Source: Eledone cirrhosa (taxonomy: Eukaryota). From it: DNA of 64,000 nucleotides. The position numbers and the translations under genes are program-made. The stretch spans positions 27,838,001 through 27,902,000 of the forward strand of contig OZ024751.1 in NCBI GenBank assembly GCA_964016885.1. The letters run 5' to 3'. How positions within the stretch are numbered: the first letter of the stretch is position 1; every line of letters begins with the position of its first letter. Of this stretch, positions 40,725-53,559 are shown piece after piece. The notes beneath the pieces are model-generated. The model worked only from the letters and a program-made list of their open reading frames with translations, was not told the origin of the DNA and made no database searches.

Positions 40725-40945
40725 TGGTTTCTAACTTAGGCACAAGACGAACACTTTTGGGGGAGGAGAAAATCGATTAAATCAACCCAGTGTGTTACTG
40801 GTACTTTGTTTTATCAATCCTGGAAGGGTGAAAGGCAAAGCTAACCTTGGAGGGATTTGAACTTGTAACATAAAGAGTCGTAACTCTATGCTGCAAAGTA
40901 TGGTGTCTGACACTCTACCAATTATATTGCCAATCCACCTCCCTA
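40725..40945 (-). mobile_element. tRNA-derived SINE (second family)
   Basis: ctggtactttgttttatcaatcctggaagggtgaaaggcaaag..ggatttgaact; also at 19600, 22440, 62640 and 63420. Confidence 0.7.
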
Positions 40946-43486
40946 ATACCATCATAATAATGAAATGATTAAGTAATTTTAGTAAATTCCTCCAAATTCT
41001 TCATTTAATATTTCATATATAGAGTATTTCATTAGAAATCTGGTAATGAAAGGGTTAAACATATGTTCTAGTTTAGTTATTCTATTTTTATAGAAAGTAC
41101 ATTTCTTTCTATAATTATTGGAATGGTGACATGACTTCTCTAATTCTTTACAAAGCACACAGCAGCTATAAAATAAAATATAAAATATAAATATATGGTT
41201 ATGATAATGTTTACTATGTATGAATAATTCACATAAAATATGTTAGTTTTTAGCCAATCTGGCACTACTTATCTCTATATATATTGTAATTTTCTCATTT
41301 TATGCCTCATTAATCTACAAGTTCATTAAGCTGTAAAATTATCACAGTTATACGATTCATGTAACTATTACATTCTTTTTATAATTTTCTAACTCTTATG
41401 ACAGATATTAAGTCTGTTTGTTTGTCCGTTTATTTGGTTGGTTCGTGTTTGTTTTAGATTCCATTAATGTGGGATTATGTTTATATTACGTGAAATTGGG
41501 AATATTTATAGCAATAATGGTCATTGGATTGTAAAATTGAATAGAATCTTAATGGTAATTTCTTAACCTTTATTTAGGCAGTGAATTGGCAGTCGTTAGA
41601 TCAACAATACCAGTTGCAAGCATTTTAGGGCTAATTTCCCCATTCACCCTCCCCACTTTAATTAGACCACAGGTAGGTAATAATGTATACAAAGATATAC
41701 CAAGCATGGTCAAGGGATTAAAAACAAGGTACCTTCAGGGTTTAAGTAAAGGGTTCAAATTGAACCCTTTACTTTAGTTAAGAACATTATCGAATAAATA
41801 CAACAGGTTTCCGAAAAAGGTTAGAGGGTTACTTAGTATTTATTTAACATTTTAAGGCCTTTTCCCTTCTAAAACAGAGGTTAGCCTTGCAAGTCCTTAT
41901 GGAAAGCTTCATGCTAATCATAAAATCCTTTTTGAAGAAATGTTTTATGGTTGGATGCCCTCCTGGCACCAATCCTTTTAGTCACCTATTACAGTGTACT
42001 GATTCTAAACTGGATACATAGTAGTGGCCAAATTGTCAGAGCATTGTACTAAATGCCTTAGTATTTCTTGTGTTTCTCTGCTCTCAGTTCAAATCCTGCC
42101 ATGGTCAACTTTGCCCTCTATCCTTTCAGGGGTTGATAAATATACTTCCAGACCAGGGGATGTGAAGCTATCCTTTCAGAAGTTGATAAATATACTACCA
42201 GACATAGGGATAGGGATTAGTGGAATTGTTAACGAGTCTGGTGAGATGCTCTGCAGTATCTATTGGAGCTCTGTGCACTCTCAGTTCAAATCCTGCCAAG
42301 TTCAACTTTGCTTTTCATCTTTTTGAGGGTTGATGAATAAACTAGCAGTCCATTAGTAGGGGATTGGCAGAATAGTTAAAGTGAGGGATGAGATGTTTTG
42401 TGCTATATAATTCTTCATTATCATCATCACCAATACCACCATCATTTTGCATTTGCCTTCCATGCTTGTATGTGTTAGACAAGTTTTCGAGGTCCGAAAC
42501 AAGATGGGTTGGTCACAACTACCACCATCATCATTTTATGTTTGCTTTCCATGCTTGCATGGGCTGGACGAGTTGTCATGGTCCAAAACTAGATGGACTG
42601 GGGAGATCTCATTTTGCTCATGTTGAAAATATAGGAACCCTTTAAAATGGATAGTTTTGTTTCATAGAACAAGTGTTGGCCAGGTTGGTATCAAAAGGGT
42701 TAATGCATATCCTGTTGTTGCTCTTGTGCTTATGTTGTTTGTCATTTTCTCAATAATGATTATTTTGGGATAAGAAATATAGTTTTTAAGTTTTAACAAA
42801 AGTGACCGTAGGCCAGCACATATTTAGAATCTGGTAAAAGTATCACCAAGAGTTTTAATACTTTATTTGTTCAAACACAGAGAATTATTTTGTATTTAAA
42901 TCCCAAGGACTGTATTGTGCAAATTTATCTTTCACTTTCAGAAGTGAAAGAAAGCTGGTGTAAATGTAGTAACAACTAGTGGTAACCTCTAAAGAGATCA
43001 ATTTTGAATCTATTCTTGTTAATTTAAATGCAAAACTTTCCTCTAGCCTCTGTTAAATAGTTGCTGTTTGGTAATCAATTGTGTAAAAAATTGCCTGAGG
43101 TGTGATTTTTGTCTTGGAACTATTATTTATAAACTAGCTAATACACCATGGGAGCTAACTCCAGACAACTCCAGATGGAATGTTTGTAGTAATACTATGT
43201 ATTAATCACTTTTCTTTTCACATCAATAGGCTCTCTGTGTTGAAAGAACAAACTTGGTTTAAAAGTCTCTATCGATCTTTTAATGTTCTATATCAAATGT
43301 TAAAAGCAATTGGGCTGCAGACGACAGTTATGTATGTATGTTTGTATGTGTGTGTGTGTGAGTGTTTAATTTAAAAAGAGAAGAAAGCAACATTGTACTA
43401 TTATTGTGATAAATGTGAGAGTATGTTAAATTGAGTGGAATACTAAAATGTTTATAGATTTTCTGCTTGATTTTTTTTTCTTTCAG

Positions 43487-43551
43487 AATAAGCAGTATCC
43501 ATTGCTGGCTTATTAGTCCTCTTGATTTTTTGCTAGAAGGAAGAAATGAAG
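43487..43551 (+). other. Candidate upstream (5'UTR) exon of the BICRA-like gene
   Basis: Polypyrimidine tttttttttctttcAG acceptor and AAG|gtttgt donor around non-repetitive sequence; no transcript evidence. Confidence 0.35.
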
Positions 43552-44649
43552 GTTTGTTATATTTTTACTTTTTTTCCTTTCAAAGATATTATTTGTGACA
43601 TATAATTAATGTTGTTGTGAGTTCAAATCCACCTATATGTGGTGCATTGTATCCTTGAGCAAGACACTTTATTTCACATTGTTCTAATCTGCTCAGCTGT
43701 AAAAACAATGGTTTGCAAAGACACTGGTGCCAAGCTGTAATGGCCTTTGTCTTTCCCTTGGACAACATTGTATATAGTGTATATGCAATCTATAAATAGT
43801 GTATATGTAGTGTGTGTGTGTATATATATATATATGTAGTGTGTATATGGTCATTCAGTCATAGTTATACAACCCGTGACCAATCAAGACTGATAGGTCC
43901 CTTTCTAAATAGTTTAAATTACAAGTTAAAATATAATCATTGAAGCTGACTGAGGCATTGGATAGTGGTTAGGATGTTGGACTCACTATAATAATAATGT
44001 CATGGGCTCAATTCTTGGACTTGGGTGGTGTGTTGTGTCTTAGAGCAAGATGCTTTATTTCACATTGTTCCATTCCACCCAGCTGGAAAAAAAAAGTTAC
44101 CAGCTGTAAGCTGGGGGAAAGATAATCCTGCAACAGAGTGGCATCTGGTCCAGAGTCGGTGTGTGTGTCTTTTCATGATAAAAATGCAGAGCCCCTATTA
44201 TTAGAACTTCCCTGAGAAACGGCCTGTGAAATGCAACCTCATATGAGACCATCTACACTTGCATTGGTGTGAGATGTAACAACAATAATAACTGAAGTTA
44301 ACAGCACTTACTACTGTTTCTCTCTAGTTGTTTCTATTTGTAAAAAATATGTCTTCTTTTCCCTCTCCACCTCCTCAGGGGGTCATGAGGGCAGAGTCCC
44401 CAAACACTCCTTCCAGCAGGTTCCGTTAGCAACAATCGATTGTACAATGGGAGATTGTCTTATATATGCCACCTAAACAATGCATTGATTAGCTGCCTCA
44501 TTTTATAAAGCAAAAAAGCACCCAGCACTCACTGTACATGAGGTTGGTGTTAGGAAGGGCATCCAGCTGTAGAAATCAAGCCAGAATCAGTTCACGTCCC
44601 ACCCCTGCAAGCAGGGAAAAGCGGACGTAAAATGATGATGATGATGATA

Positions 44650-44715
44650 TATATTTATATATATAATTATATATATTTATATATATATATATTTATATAT
44701 ATAATTATATATATT

Positions 44716-44746
<31 letters not shown>

Positions 44747-44985
44747 ATCTATATATATATATTTATATCTATATATATATATATTTATATATATATATAT
44801 TTATATCTATATATATATATTTATATATATATATATTGATATCTATATCTATATATCTATATATAAATGTCTTCCTTGTGAAATTTGTGGTCTTGTTTTG
44901 CTTAACTAATGAATATTTATATATATCTATATTTATATATATCTATAGATATATATCTATATATATCTATAGATATATATTTATA
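44650..44985. repeat. Degenerate (TA)n tract
   Basis: Directly visible; flanked by a SINE 3' half (44510-44648) and a SINE 5' half (44987-45190). Confidence 0.9.
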
Positions 44986-46377
44986 TGTAGGCATATGGCT
45001 TAGTGGTTAGAGCATTGGCCTTGCAATCTAAAGGTTGTGAGTTCAATTCTCGGACCGGGTGATGTGTTGTTTCCTTGAGCAAGAGACTTTATTTCACATT
45101 GTTCCAGTTTACTCAGCTGTAGAAATGAGATGATAGGGAATGAGGTCCCTATCATTCCACTGCTGTGGTTACCCCGATTGAACCCGAGATACACACACAC
45201 GCGCAAACTTCCCCTCTCTTTCTGCTGTCTGTTATGTGTGTGCACACATACACACACGTATATGTATATATAATTTTTTTTCTTTTCTATTTTCTTTTAA
45301 TGCAGCCATTTTTGTATCTGTCTGATACCATGCCTGGTGAACGTGAAATTCCACGAGAACGGAATGAATAAAAGGTAATTATATATACTAGCAGAAAAAC
45401 CACCCTAAGGGTGGTTTTCTGCTAGCATGTGTAGTGTGCATATTGATATTATATGCAAGTATATGATATATCAAATAAAATTGTAATTGACAATATACAC
45501 AGAAATTGAACAAAGACTGCGTTACACTCTCTTATGTAATCAGTAACGTAATCTATGATATATTAGAAAAAGACGATATTATATATAAACTGCATTAGGA
45601 GAAAATTAGTGACGGAAATATATAAATGTTTATTTAAGCGATAGCTAACTGGAAGTGTTGACATTTGAAAATTTTAAAGAAGTGAATCTTTAAATAAGGA
45701 ATAAAATATATTTAATCAACAGTTACGAAATTTAGTAGATACATTATGTAATGTTCATTCATTATCTATTCAAAGTTTTCCAACTCATTTTACTAACTGG
45801 ATTAAAAGAAATAAAACTGTACGCAGTCCCGCACTCCTTACTTTGTTATAGTCTAGATGTGTGTGTGCGTGTATATATGTATATGTATGTGTGCATATAT
45901 ATATAAAATACAATATGTTGAAAAGGTAACTCACTAGAGAGATATAGTGTGCCATCAATAAAGCAGGGAAAACCACCAGTGTATGGAATCTATAATCTAT
46001 GGCAGGCAGGGTAGACACACAATAATTAAAAATATAAATTAAAATGTATATATGCAACTCTATAACTATATAACACACGCATACAAATCCAAAGAGATCT
46101 GTTTCACCAGGAAGTTGTTGATAGTCTTGCATGCACTGATGAACCATAGGCTATTCCATTTCAGTCAACAATATATATATATTTTGTTTCTGAATTTGTT
46201 TAGCAAGATTCTTTATCTGAAAACGTGTGTTGAAACCGATATTGTTATACTTTGGGAGGGTCATGTTGCCAACACACACCAGTTGCTTTCACTCCAATTT
46301 ATTATAAATTAAATTTATAAATTTATAAATTTCCGGTTGGTTGGTTGGTTCCACAACTGGACGGTTGTTCATATATT

Positions 46378-46420
46378 GTCAAAGTTCTTTCGTCACACAT
46401 TCTGTGACCTCTTCAGTGAC
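46378..46420 (-). ncRNA. Minimal hammerhead motif (family D), left arm
   Basis: Reverse complement of 46533-46575. Confidence 0.62.
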
Positions 46421-46532
46421 TGGGGATTCTTTTCTTTGTTTTTGTGCCTCTCCTTTGTTCTGTCCTACGCCATCTTGTTTTTGTGATGGCGTAGGACAGA
46501 ACAAAGGAGAGACACAAAGAAAAGAATCCCCA

Positions 46533-46575
46533 GTCACTGAAGAGGTCACAGAATGTGTGACGAAAGAACTTTGAC
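46533..46575 (+). ncRNA. Minimal hammerhead motif (family D)
   Basis: gtca-CTGAAGA(46537) g-gtcaca gaatg tgtgac-GAAA(46562) gaac TT-tgac; stems I and II clear, stem III loop only 2 nt. Confidence 0.62.
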
Positions 46576-46859
46576 AATATATGAACAACCGTCCGGTTGT
46601 GGAACCAACCAACCAACCGGAAAGTTATAAATTTAATTTATAATAAATTGGAGTGAAAGCAACTGGTGCATGTGTTTCTTATTGGCAACATGACCCTCCC
46701 AAAGCATAACAATATATTAAAAAAATTTCAAAGATACGAAAGATTTCCTGGTGGAAGTTCAGGTGTACTCCAGATTGGTATCCAGTTTCAAGGTGAAAGT
46801 CCAATCAGAAAATCCAACGAATTTTGAGAGGTCCACGTAAGCGTTGGTATATATATGTA

Positions 46860-47220
46860 TGTAAAAGGTAAACAGAAATAACAACACAATCGGTACAGTA
46901 TATGGAAGGTATATATTAGGTTAACGCTTGATATAGCAGGAAGAGGGTCTTAACGTTTCGGACGCTAGTCCTTCATCAGAAGAAAGAATGAGAAATAAAA
47001 TAGATTGAGGGGACGGGCGGGTTGGAATTGGAAAAAATGTCTTTAGATAAAAATAACAGGTCCATTCATGTTGACATCTCTTGCAAAACTGTTGGTGCTG
47101 GCGTTTTGTGTATGATTTGTTTTTTTAGAAAAGTGGATGATGGCAGGCGTCTACCTGAAATGGAAAAAAAAAAAACGTTTTGTAAAAAGAGCTATACTTG
47201 AGCACGTGCGTAAGCATGAG

Positions 47221-47263
<43 letters not shown>

Positions 47264-47582
47264 ATAGGTCCGTACGAAGCTAAGAAGAAATGTGTGTGTA
47301 TGTGAGTAAAAGAGTGTGTGTGCATGTAAGTATGAAGCTATGAGCAAAAGTATGTTAATATAAGGGTGTGTATCGGCATGTATTAGTAGTAAGAGAAGCT
47401 GCTAATGATTAAGAGAAAGCGATAGGAATCAAGGGGTGTGATAATGGATGGAGTATTAGAGAAATTGGGGGGGGGGGGGAGGTGAGTCCAAGAGGGGAAT
47501 AGGACCCAAGACGGTGAATCAGACTTTATTCAGTCCTTGTGTGCAAGGCCTGTGATCCATGATGTAAAAGAACACCCAGGAC
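46860..47582 (-). mobile_element. 5'-truncated Penelope-like element (GIY-YIG C-terminal remnant + 3' region with hammerhead)
   Basis: 47582->47481 translates VLGVLLHHGSQALHTRTE*SLIHRLGSYSPLGLT (PLE-type E..LI.RLG...P.GL end); hammerhead downstream; (TA)n at both ends. Confidence 0.75.
46948..46983 (-). ncRNA. Minimal hammerhead ribozyme motif (PLE-type, dimer-dependent)
   Basis: Reverse strand tctt-CTGATGA a-ggac tagc gtcc-GAAAC GTT-aaga; palindromic AACGTT stem III. Confidence 0.82.
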
Positions 47583-48069
47583 ATATATATATAGAAAAAT
47601 TTCAATTTCAGTAATGTACAGAATTTCCCAATATCCCCAACAGTTTCTCAGGAATTTACTGTTTTTAACCAACATTTGAGACAAATGTCATGTGTCTTAA
47701 GAATTATACACATTGATGTGAAAAATCGGAATAGTAGGAAGACCCTTAAATCTCTGCCTACCAGTTTGCACCGGTCTCTCTTGTATACCTTCCCCTATTT
47801 TAATACTCCACCATCAGCATTGGGTCCTAAGAAGAGCGCAGTAATAAAGTTCTACCATAATAAGTCTTATAGTAAAGGTTGATTTTCTTCCATGTATCAG
47901 CTCATTTATCAGCAACATCCAGGACTAGAACCCCTCCCCTCCTATATGATAGAACTGGAGCTCCTATCATTAAAACAGCTGAGAAACCTCCTAGGAGATG
48001 CAACCTTGTTGGAGCCAGTTAAACCTGCAGAGGTTTAACAAAGCTGTAATAATATCAATGACTCTAAAA

Positions 48070-48310
48070 GAAAGTCTGTCTTGAGCTCAGAGGCTCATCT
48101 CGGTTTCCATGGCATTAAGTGACTGAGAATACAAGACTTCCTCCAGAGAGGACACCAGTTTGTCATAGGGTTAAACTCCCAGCTGTTCCTTGTACTCATT
48201 TTCAACTGTGTATACTGGAGTAACGGGAAATGAAGTGTTTTGCTCAAGAACACAACACACAACCCAGTCCAGGAATTGAACTCAATATTAGGATCGCATG
48301 TCCAACACCC
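48070..48310 (-). mobile_element. tRNA-derived SINE with CORE-like domain
   Basis: Reverse strand gagttcaattcctggactgggttgtgtgttgtgttcttgagcaaaacacttc; same family as 1655-1925. Confidence 0.75.
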
Positions 48311-51022
48311 ACAACAATGAATACTCTTTGCCAAATCTTAATAATTAAAAAAAAATAATAATAAATTGATTCCTGGCTCTTTACTGTTGGTAAATGAAAG
48401 GTTTAATTAAAAATTATTCTCCTGTGATCTTTCATTAGGTGAATTCTTGTTTTGGAAATAGTATCTACTTCAGTTTTGTGTTTTATAGAAAGTATTGATT
48501 GGTTTGTCAGAACAAATCTTCTTCAAACTAAATAAATGTTTTTCTTTATATTAATACCAAACAAAGTCCGAGTGTAGTTATTTCATGATTACTAAACACT
48601 GGGACTGGGAATTGATATGGAAGGTTGCTTTGTAATTTAGAAGGTAAAACTTATACTCTGCTATATTAATTCCTCCTCCTCATCATCATCATCATCATCT
48701 CGCCCCTCACCATTATCCTTATCGCCACCATCATCCTCTTCATCATCTTCCTCCTCCCCTTCATGTTTGGCCAAGTGGTTGGTGTGTTAGACAAATGCTC
48801 ATAAGGTCGTGGGTTTGATTCCTGGACCAGGTGTTAAATTGTATTCTTGAGCAAGACACTTCACATTGTTTCTCAAAATAAGGACTGGAGGTCTCCATCA
48901 TTAGAAATACCAAGAAACTTCCTATGATCAAAAAACATTCTAACAGTGACCAAGTGAAAATGGTTAGTGTGTTAGACTTACAATCATACTGACGTGGGTT
49001 TGATTCCTGGATCAGGTGTTACATTGTATGCTTGAGCAAGACACTTCATTTCACTTAGCTTTTCAAGATAGGACTGGGGGCTTCTATCATTAAAATACAG
49101 AGAAACCATCTTTTGAAATGCAAAGTAGGTGTCACAACAAAAAACACACAGTCCATGCTGTAATGTGGCCGTGTAGGTAACACGGTAAAAAGTTCCCAGT
49201 TTCACACTGTAAATGTGGTTGGTGTTAGGAAGGGCATCCAGCCATAGAAAACCTGCCAGATAGTCCTATATGAGCGAGACATGGTCACCCGACCAACCTT
49301 GCCTCAAGTGGGACAACTCCCGTCTAACCCATGCTAGCGTAGAAGATGGATGTTAAATGAAGATGATGATAAGAGGCCATCTAAACCTACATAGATGGGA
49401 GCTGTAAGTTTCAACAGCAACCATCTCATCTTCTACTTTTCAAACATATTCAAATGTATTATCTCGGAATACCTTATCTAGCATGTCTTTTGGCATAGTA
49501 TGTATGATGTGAGGGAGATTTGGCTACTATTTCAAGCAGGTGGAACAACTATAGCAACTCATTGATTACATCCAGCTTTATTTCTTTTGATTAGAACATT
49601 TAAAATATTACTTTAAGAAGCCAGATGTATTTTAAAAAGTTTTTTGTATTAGGGCTTATCTCCATTAAAATCCTAAATGTTTGTTCGAAATTTATTGGTT
49701 TCCATCAATTCAGTAATGGGAGAAAAAACAAAATAACCTTGTTTTAAAAGCATCAGCATTCTAAAGCCTGAATCAGCTTAAGAGTATTGTTTTTTGGGGG
49801 GTTGTTTTTATGAGATTTGTGTTATTTGGAGTGGGGGTTAAATCTAAAGAAATATTTCAAATTAATTTTTTTAAATGATCCAAACATTTTGAATTTTGTT
49901 GAAGTCTTCAAATACAATAGAATCCTTTCATTTAATTTCTTTTGAATTGTGGAAACAATTTTAACCCCCCCCCCCCCCTCATCCCATCCTTCCTCTTCTG
50001 CCTTAGTTATCAAGTGGTTTTTGCATATGAAGCATGACTCGACATGTTTAACCCTTTCATTCCTGGTCATATTTCTAATCAAATTATATGCTATTTCAAT
50101 TAATTAACGAAAACTTTTTTAGAGATTTACTAAAATTATTAATAACTTCATTTCTAAGGTAGTAATATAATGTACAATTCTTATATAAGATTATGTGAGA
50201 AGATTTCAATTTAAATGAGGAGGAAGAAGTCGATCGACAAGATCCCTGATCTCATTCACTTACCAACTGGGGTAGACCTCATCAAATCAGACCAAGGAAA
50301 CAATGTGTCTATTGGTGTTTCCATTACTGATACAATCTACCAGTCCCAGCTCCTGGCAGAAAGAGCAAAGTGAAATAATGGCTTGCTCGAGGGCAGAACG
50401 CATCGCCACATCCAGGAATTGAACTCATAACCTCACGATTGCGAATCCAATTCTCTCACCACTAAGCCACACACCTCAATTTAAATTGGAACCCTTTAAA
50501 ATGGGTTGTTTTTGTTTCATTTTAACCATGTTGGTTGTCTTTCTGAATAATGATTATTTTGTGATAGGAATAAAAGTGACCATATGCCGGCATATGCTGG
50601 TAAAAGCATCTATTACTAAGAATTTTTAATAATGAACTAATTTCTATTTAAATTCCAAGGACCATTTCCTATTCCTATGTAAAAAATAAAAGAATATTTT
50701 CCTAGTATTTTTCTCCTGCTTCTTAAAGAAATTTCCTTCATAGAATCACCATCCCAATATGGAAATTATTATTGCATAATATTGCATGCTATCTGCAACC
50801 CTGTTGAAGGGCAGTGTTTCTAAAAATTTCTTTGTTGTCTCATAAAATACAGCAGTTCCCCACTCTCTCAAATCAAGGCCAGGCATTCTCAGCAATGTCA
50901 ACCTAATTTATCAACTTTCTTTTTGCTCTGTGAAGCTGACCTATATATATTTATTTAATTCTATGTCAGCACATATCTGCTGCCATATAGCTGGCTGCTT
51001 CTTCTTTCTCTTTCTCTGTTAC

Positions 51023-51068
<46 letters not shown>

Positions 51069-51177
51069 GAGTTAAGTACACAGTCAAGGTTAGTGTTAAT
51101 TATGATAGTCACTTCTGTCATAGGAGTTAATGAGTATATATATGCACACACACACACACACATACATAATTTATATA

Positions 51178-51208
<31 letters not shown>

Positions 51209-52533
51209 TCATTAATTTTTTTTGTTTCTGCTTTTAAAATACCAAATTGCTTTTTTAAGTACATCTACTTTATTTAAACATTTTTTTTTTTTTTTTTTTT
51301 TTTAGGACTGAAATTGATATTTTATAATAGTTTATTTTCTACAAACTGCTACTAGTCTTTTCAGATTTAACATGGGGTGAAAAGTCTATTAAAAGAGGCG
51401 AAGAACATTATCTCACCTTTCATTTTGAAATTTTTGTTTTTAGAGGGAAAAAATGAGTAGAATCAAATTTTAAGAATTATTATCGTTAGAATGATTTTAA
51501 ATTTAAAATCAAATTAAAAAAATTATCTAATTTAACTAATAGAGGAAACTTTAAAAAAAAAAGTATATATTTGGTAAGTCTGCACTGTATCTATCATTCT
51601 AGTTCTGCAGTCCACCTTTTAACCTGTTTGATATCAACCTGACTGGAACCACCCTGTTTTTATGATACACACTACCAATTTTAAAATGTCCATGTTTATA
51701 TTACAACCTATCGTAAATTATATTTGAAACATCAGCTTACTAATGAAAAAGTTAGTTATTTTATTAAATACCTCTGAATAATAGATTATTTTTCAAAATT
51801 ATTATAAATGCGTAAACAGTGTGTATCATTAGAAATGTAACAACAAAAGGGTTGAAATCACATGGAATTCTTTTACAAATTCCTACTTACAAGATTTGAT
51901 GTTTATCACTTTGAATTTTGAAAAATTCTTGATAAACTTTTATGATATTGGTCATCATCATCATCATCATCGTTTAACATTCATCTTCCACGCTAACATG
52001 GTGGAAATATCAATTGATGGATAAAGTAATTCTTTTGTTATCAACAAAACTGAAGTGGCCCTTACGCCTACTATGGAAAGCCATTTGTTATCACACCAAC
52101 TACATCATGTTTAAATTTAAACCTTTCATTATAATGTTTTGTGAGAAACGTCTAAATTGCATTCTGATTACAAATTTAATAACATGAAAGTTAGTTATAT
52201 TATTAAATCTTTCCCTATCTTTTTAATTATTTAAAAAACATTTTTTTTAAAAACTATAGGCAATAAATTTCATTAGAAACATGGTAATGAAGGGGTTAAC
52301 AGTGTTTTCTGTGTTGTGATGTAGAAGGTTTTCATATTAACTGTATCTACTTAAGTTTATTACGAGATATGTTGTTATAGTGAAGGTGATATAAATAGTC
52401 CTCATATTAATTGTATCTACTTTAGTTTACTATGAGATATGTTGTTATATTAACTGTATCTACTGTGAGATTATGTTGTTATATTAAAGGCTTAACTAAA
52501 CATTTTACATTTGTTATTCCAGTTCACTTTGAC

Positions 52534-52568
52534 ATGGAGGATGGCCGTTGTTTACTGGATGTGATTGG
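52534..52568 (+). CDS. BICRA: BICRA/GLTSCR1-family protein, first coding exon (exon starts at 52523)
   Basis: ttccAG|ttcactttgacATG GAG GAT GGC CGT TGT TTA CTG GAT GTG ATT GG|gtgagt = MEDGRCLLDVI(G); matches the recalled human BICRA N-terminus MDDEDGRCLLDVICDPQALNDFLHG. Confidence 0.88.
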
Positions 52569-53240
52569 GTGAGTATTGATCTTTTGAAGAATTTTGGGGA
52601 GTTTTGTGTTTTGTTTCCTGATGCCCCATGGACATAAAAGGAAGGAAGAAAGAATTGATTGACAAGATTCCACACTCCATTCACTTACCAAATGGGGTGG
52701 TGCTCATCAAATCAGACTAAGGAGACAATGTTTTCATTGGTATTTCCATTACTGATATTATCTACTGGTCTCAACTCCTGGCAGAAAGAGCAATATGAAA
52801 TAAAGTTTCTTGTTCAAGGACATAACGCATAGCCTGGTCCAGGAATCAAACTTGTAACCTCACATTTACAAAGCCACCCGCCTTCATGGACAGATCAGGG
52901 CTGAATAGTTAAGAAGTTCACTTTGCAATTATAAGAGTCTTGGGTTTGACCCCACCGTGTGGTAACTTGGGCAAGTGTCAGTTATCTTAGCCTTGGGTTA
53001 ACCCAAATTTTGTGAGTGAAATTTGGTAGACATCTCAAAGCTTGAAATGTTGCACAGTAGCTTTGAATTGAAAATATTTTTGCTCTAAACATCAAATGTT
53101 CTGCTCAGATGCTGGGAGAAATTATAGGGAATGTTGTCTTTATAGTCATCAATGATGTCATGTTTAATACTTTAATCATTATTCCTTTGTAATTTAATAA
53201 TACAGTTTAATAATATGCCAATCTTTTCCTTTCAATTCAG

Positions 53241-53286
53241 AGACCCAAAGCTTTTGAATGAGTTTTTAAAAGATGGAACTGATGTG
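53241..53286 (+). CDS. BICRA: BICRA/GLTSCR1-family protein, coding exon 2
   Basis: ttcAG|A GAC CCA AAG CTT TTG AAT GAG TTT TTA AAA GAT GGA ACT GAT GTG|gtaagt = (G)DPKLLNEFLKDGTDV; phase fits exon 1 (35+46=81 nt); matches the DPQALNDFL motif. Confidence 0.88.
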
Positions 53287-53559
53287 GTAAGTTGGTTCAG
53301 TTGGAATATTCTCATTGTTGTTGTAGTCAGATAATATAGTTTCCACTGTGTTTACCTGCTTTAAATAGGTACACCATATCTGTGTGTGTGTGATAAGTGG
53401 TGACTAAAAACGGTTGATGCCAAGAAGGGCATCCAACCATAAAACATTGTCTCAAAATGGACCCCATGACGAGTATGAAGCTTGCCATGAGACCAACAAA
53501 GCTAATCCGTTCTTTGGCAGAGAAAATGGCCTTAAAATGCTTCTTGTGTTTTATATATA

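Larger units (their letters stand above)
46239..46715. repeat. ~235-bp-arm inverted repeat with 10-nt loop
   Basis: Centre gccatc-ttgtttttgt-gatggc (46475-46484); near-perfect arms with a few indels. Confidence 0.93.

Noticed and set aside
47946-48048. Pistol- or twister-like ribozyme
   Set aside because: Superficial hairpin-UUAAA resemblance only; in other copies the would-be pseudoknot strand is used in a local hairpin and conserved catalytic residues are not evident.
51306-51573. Alternative upstream exon (long polyT-AG ... gtaagt)
   Set aside because: AT-rich with stops; cannot be distinguished from chance without transcripts.
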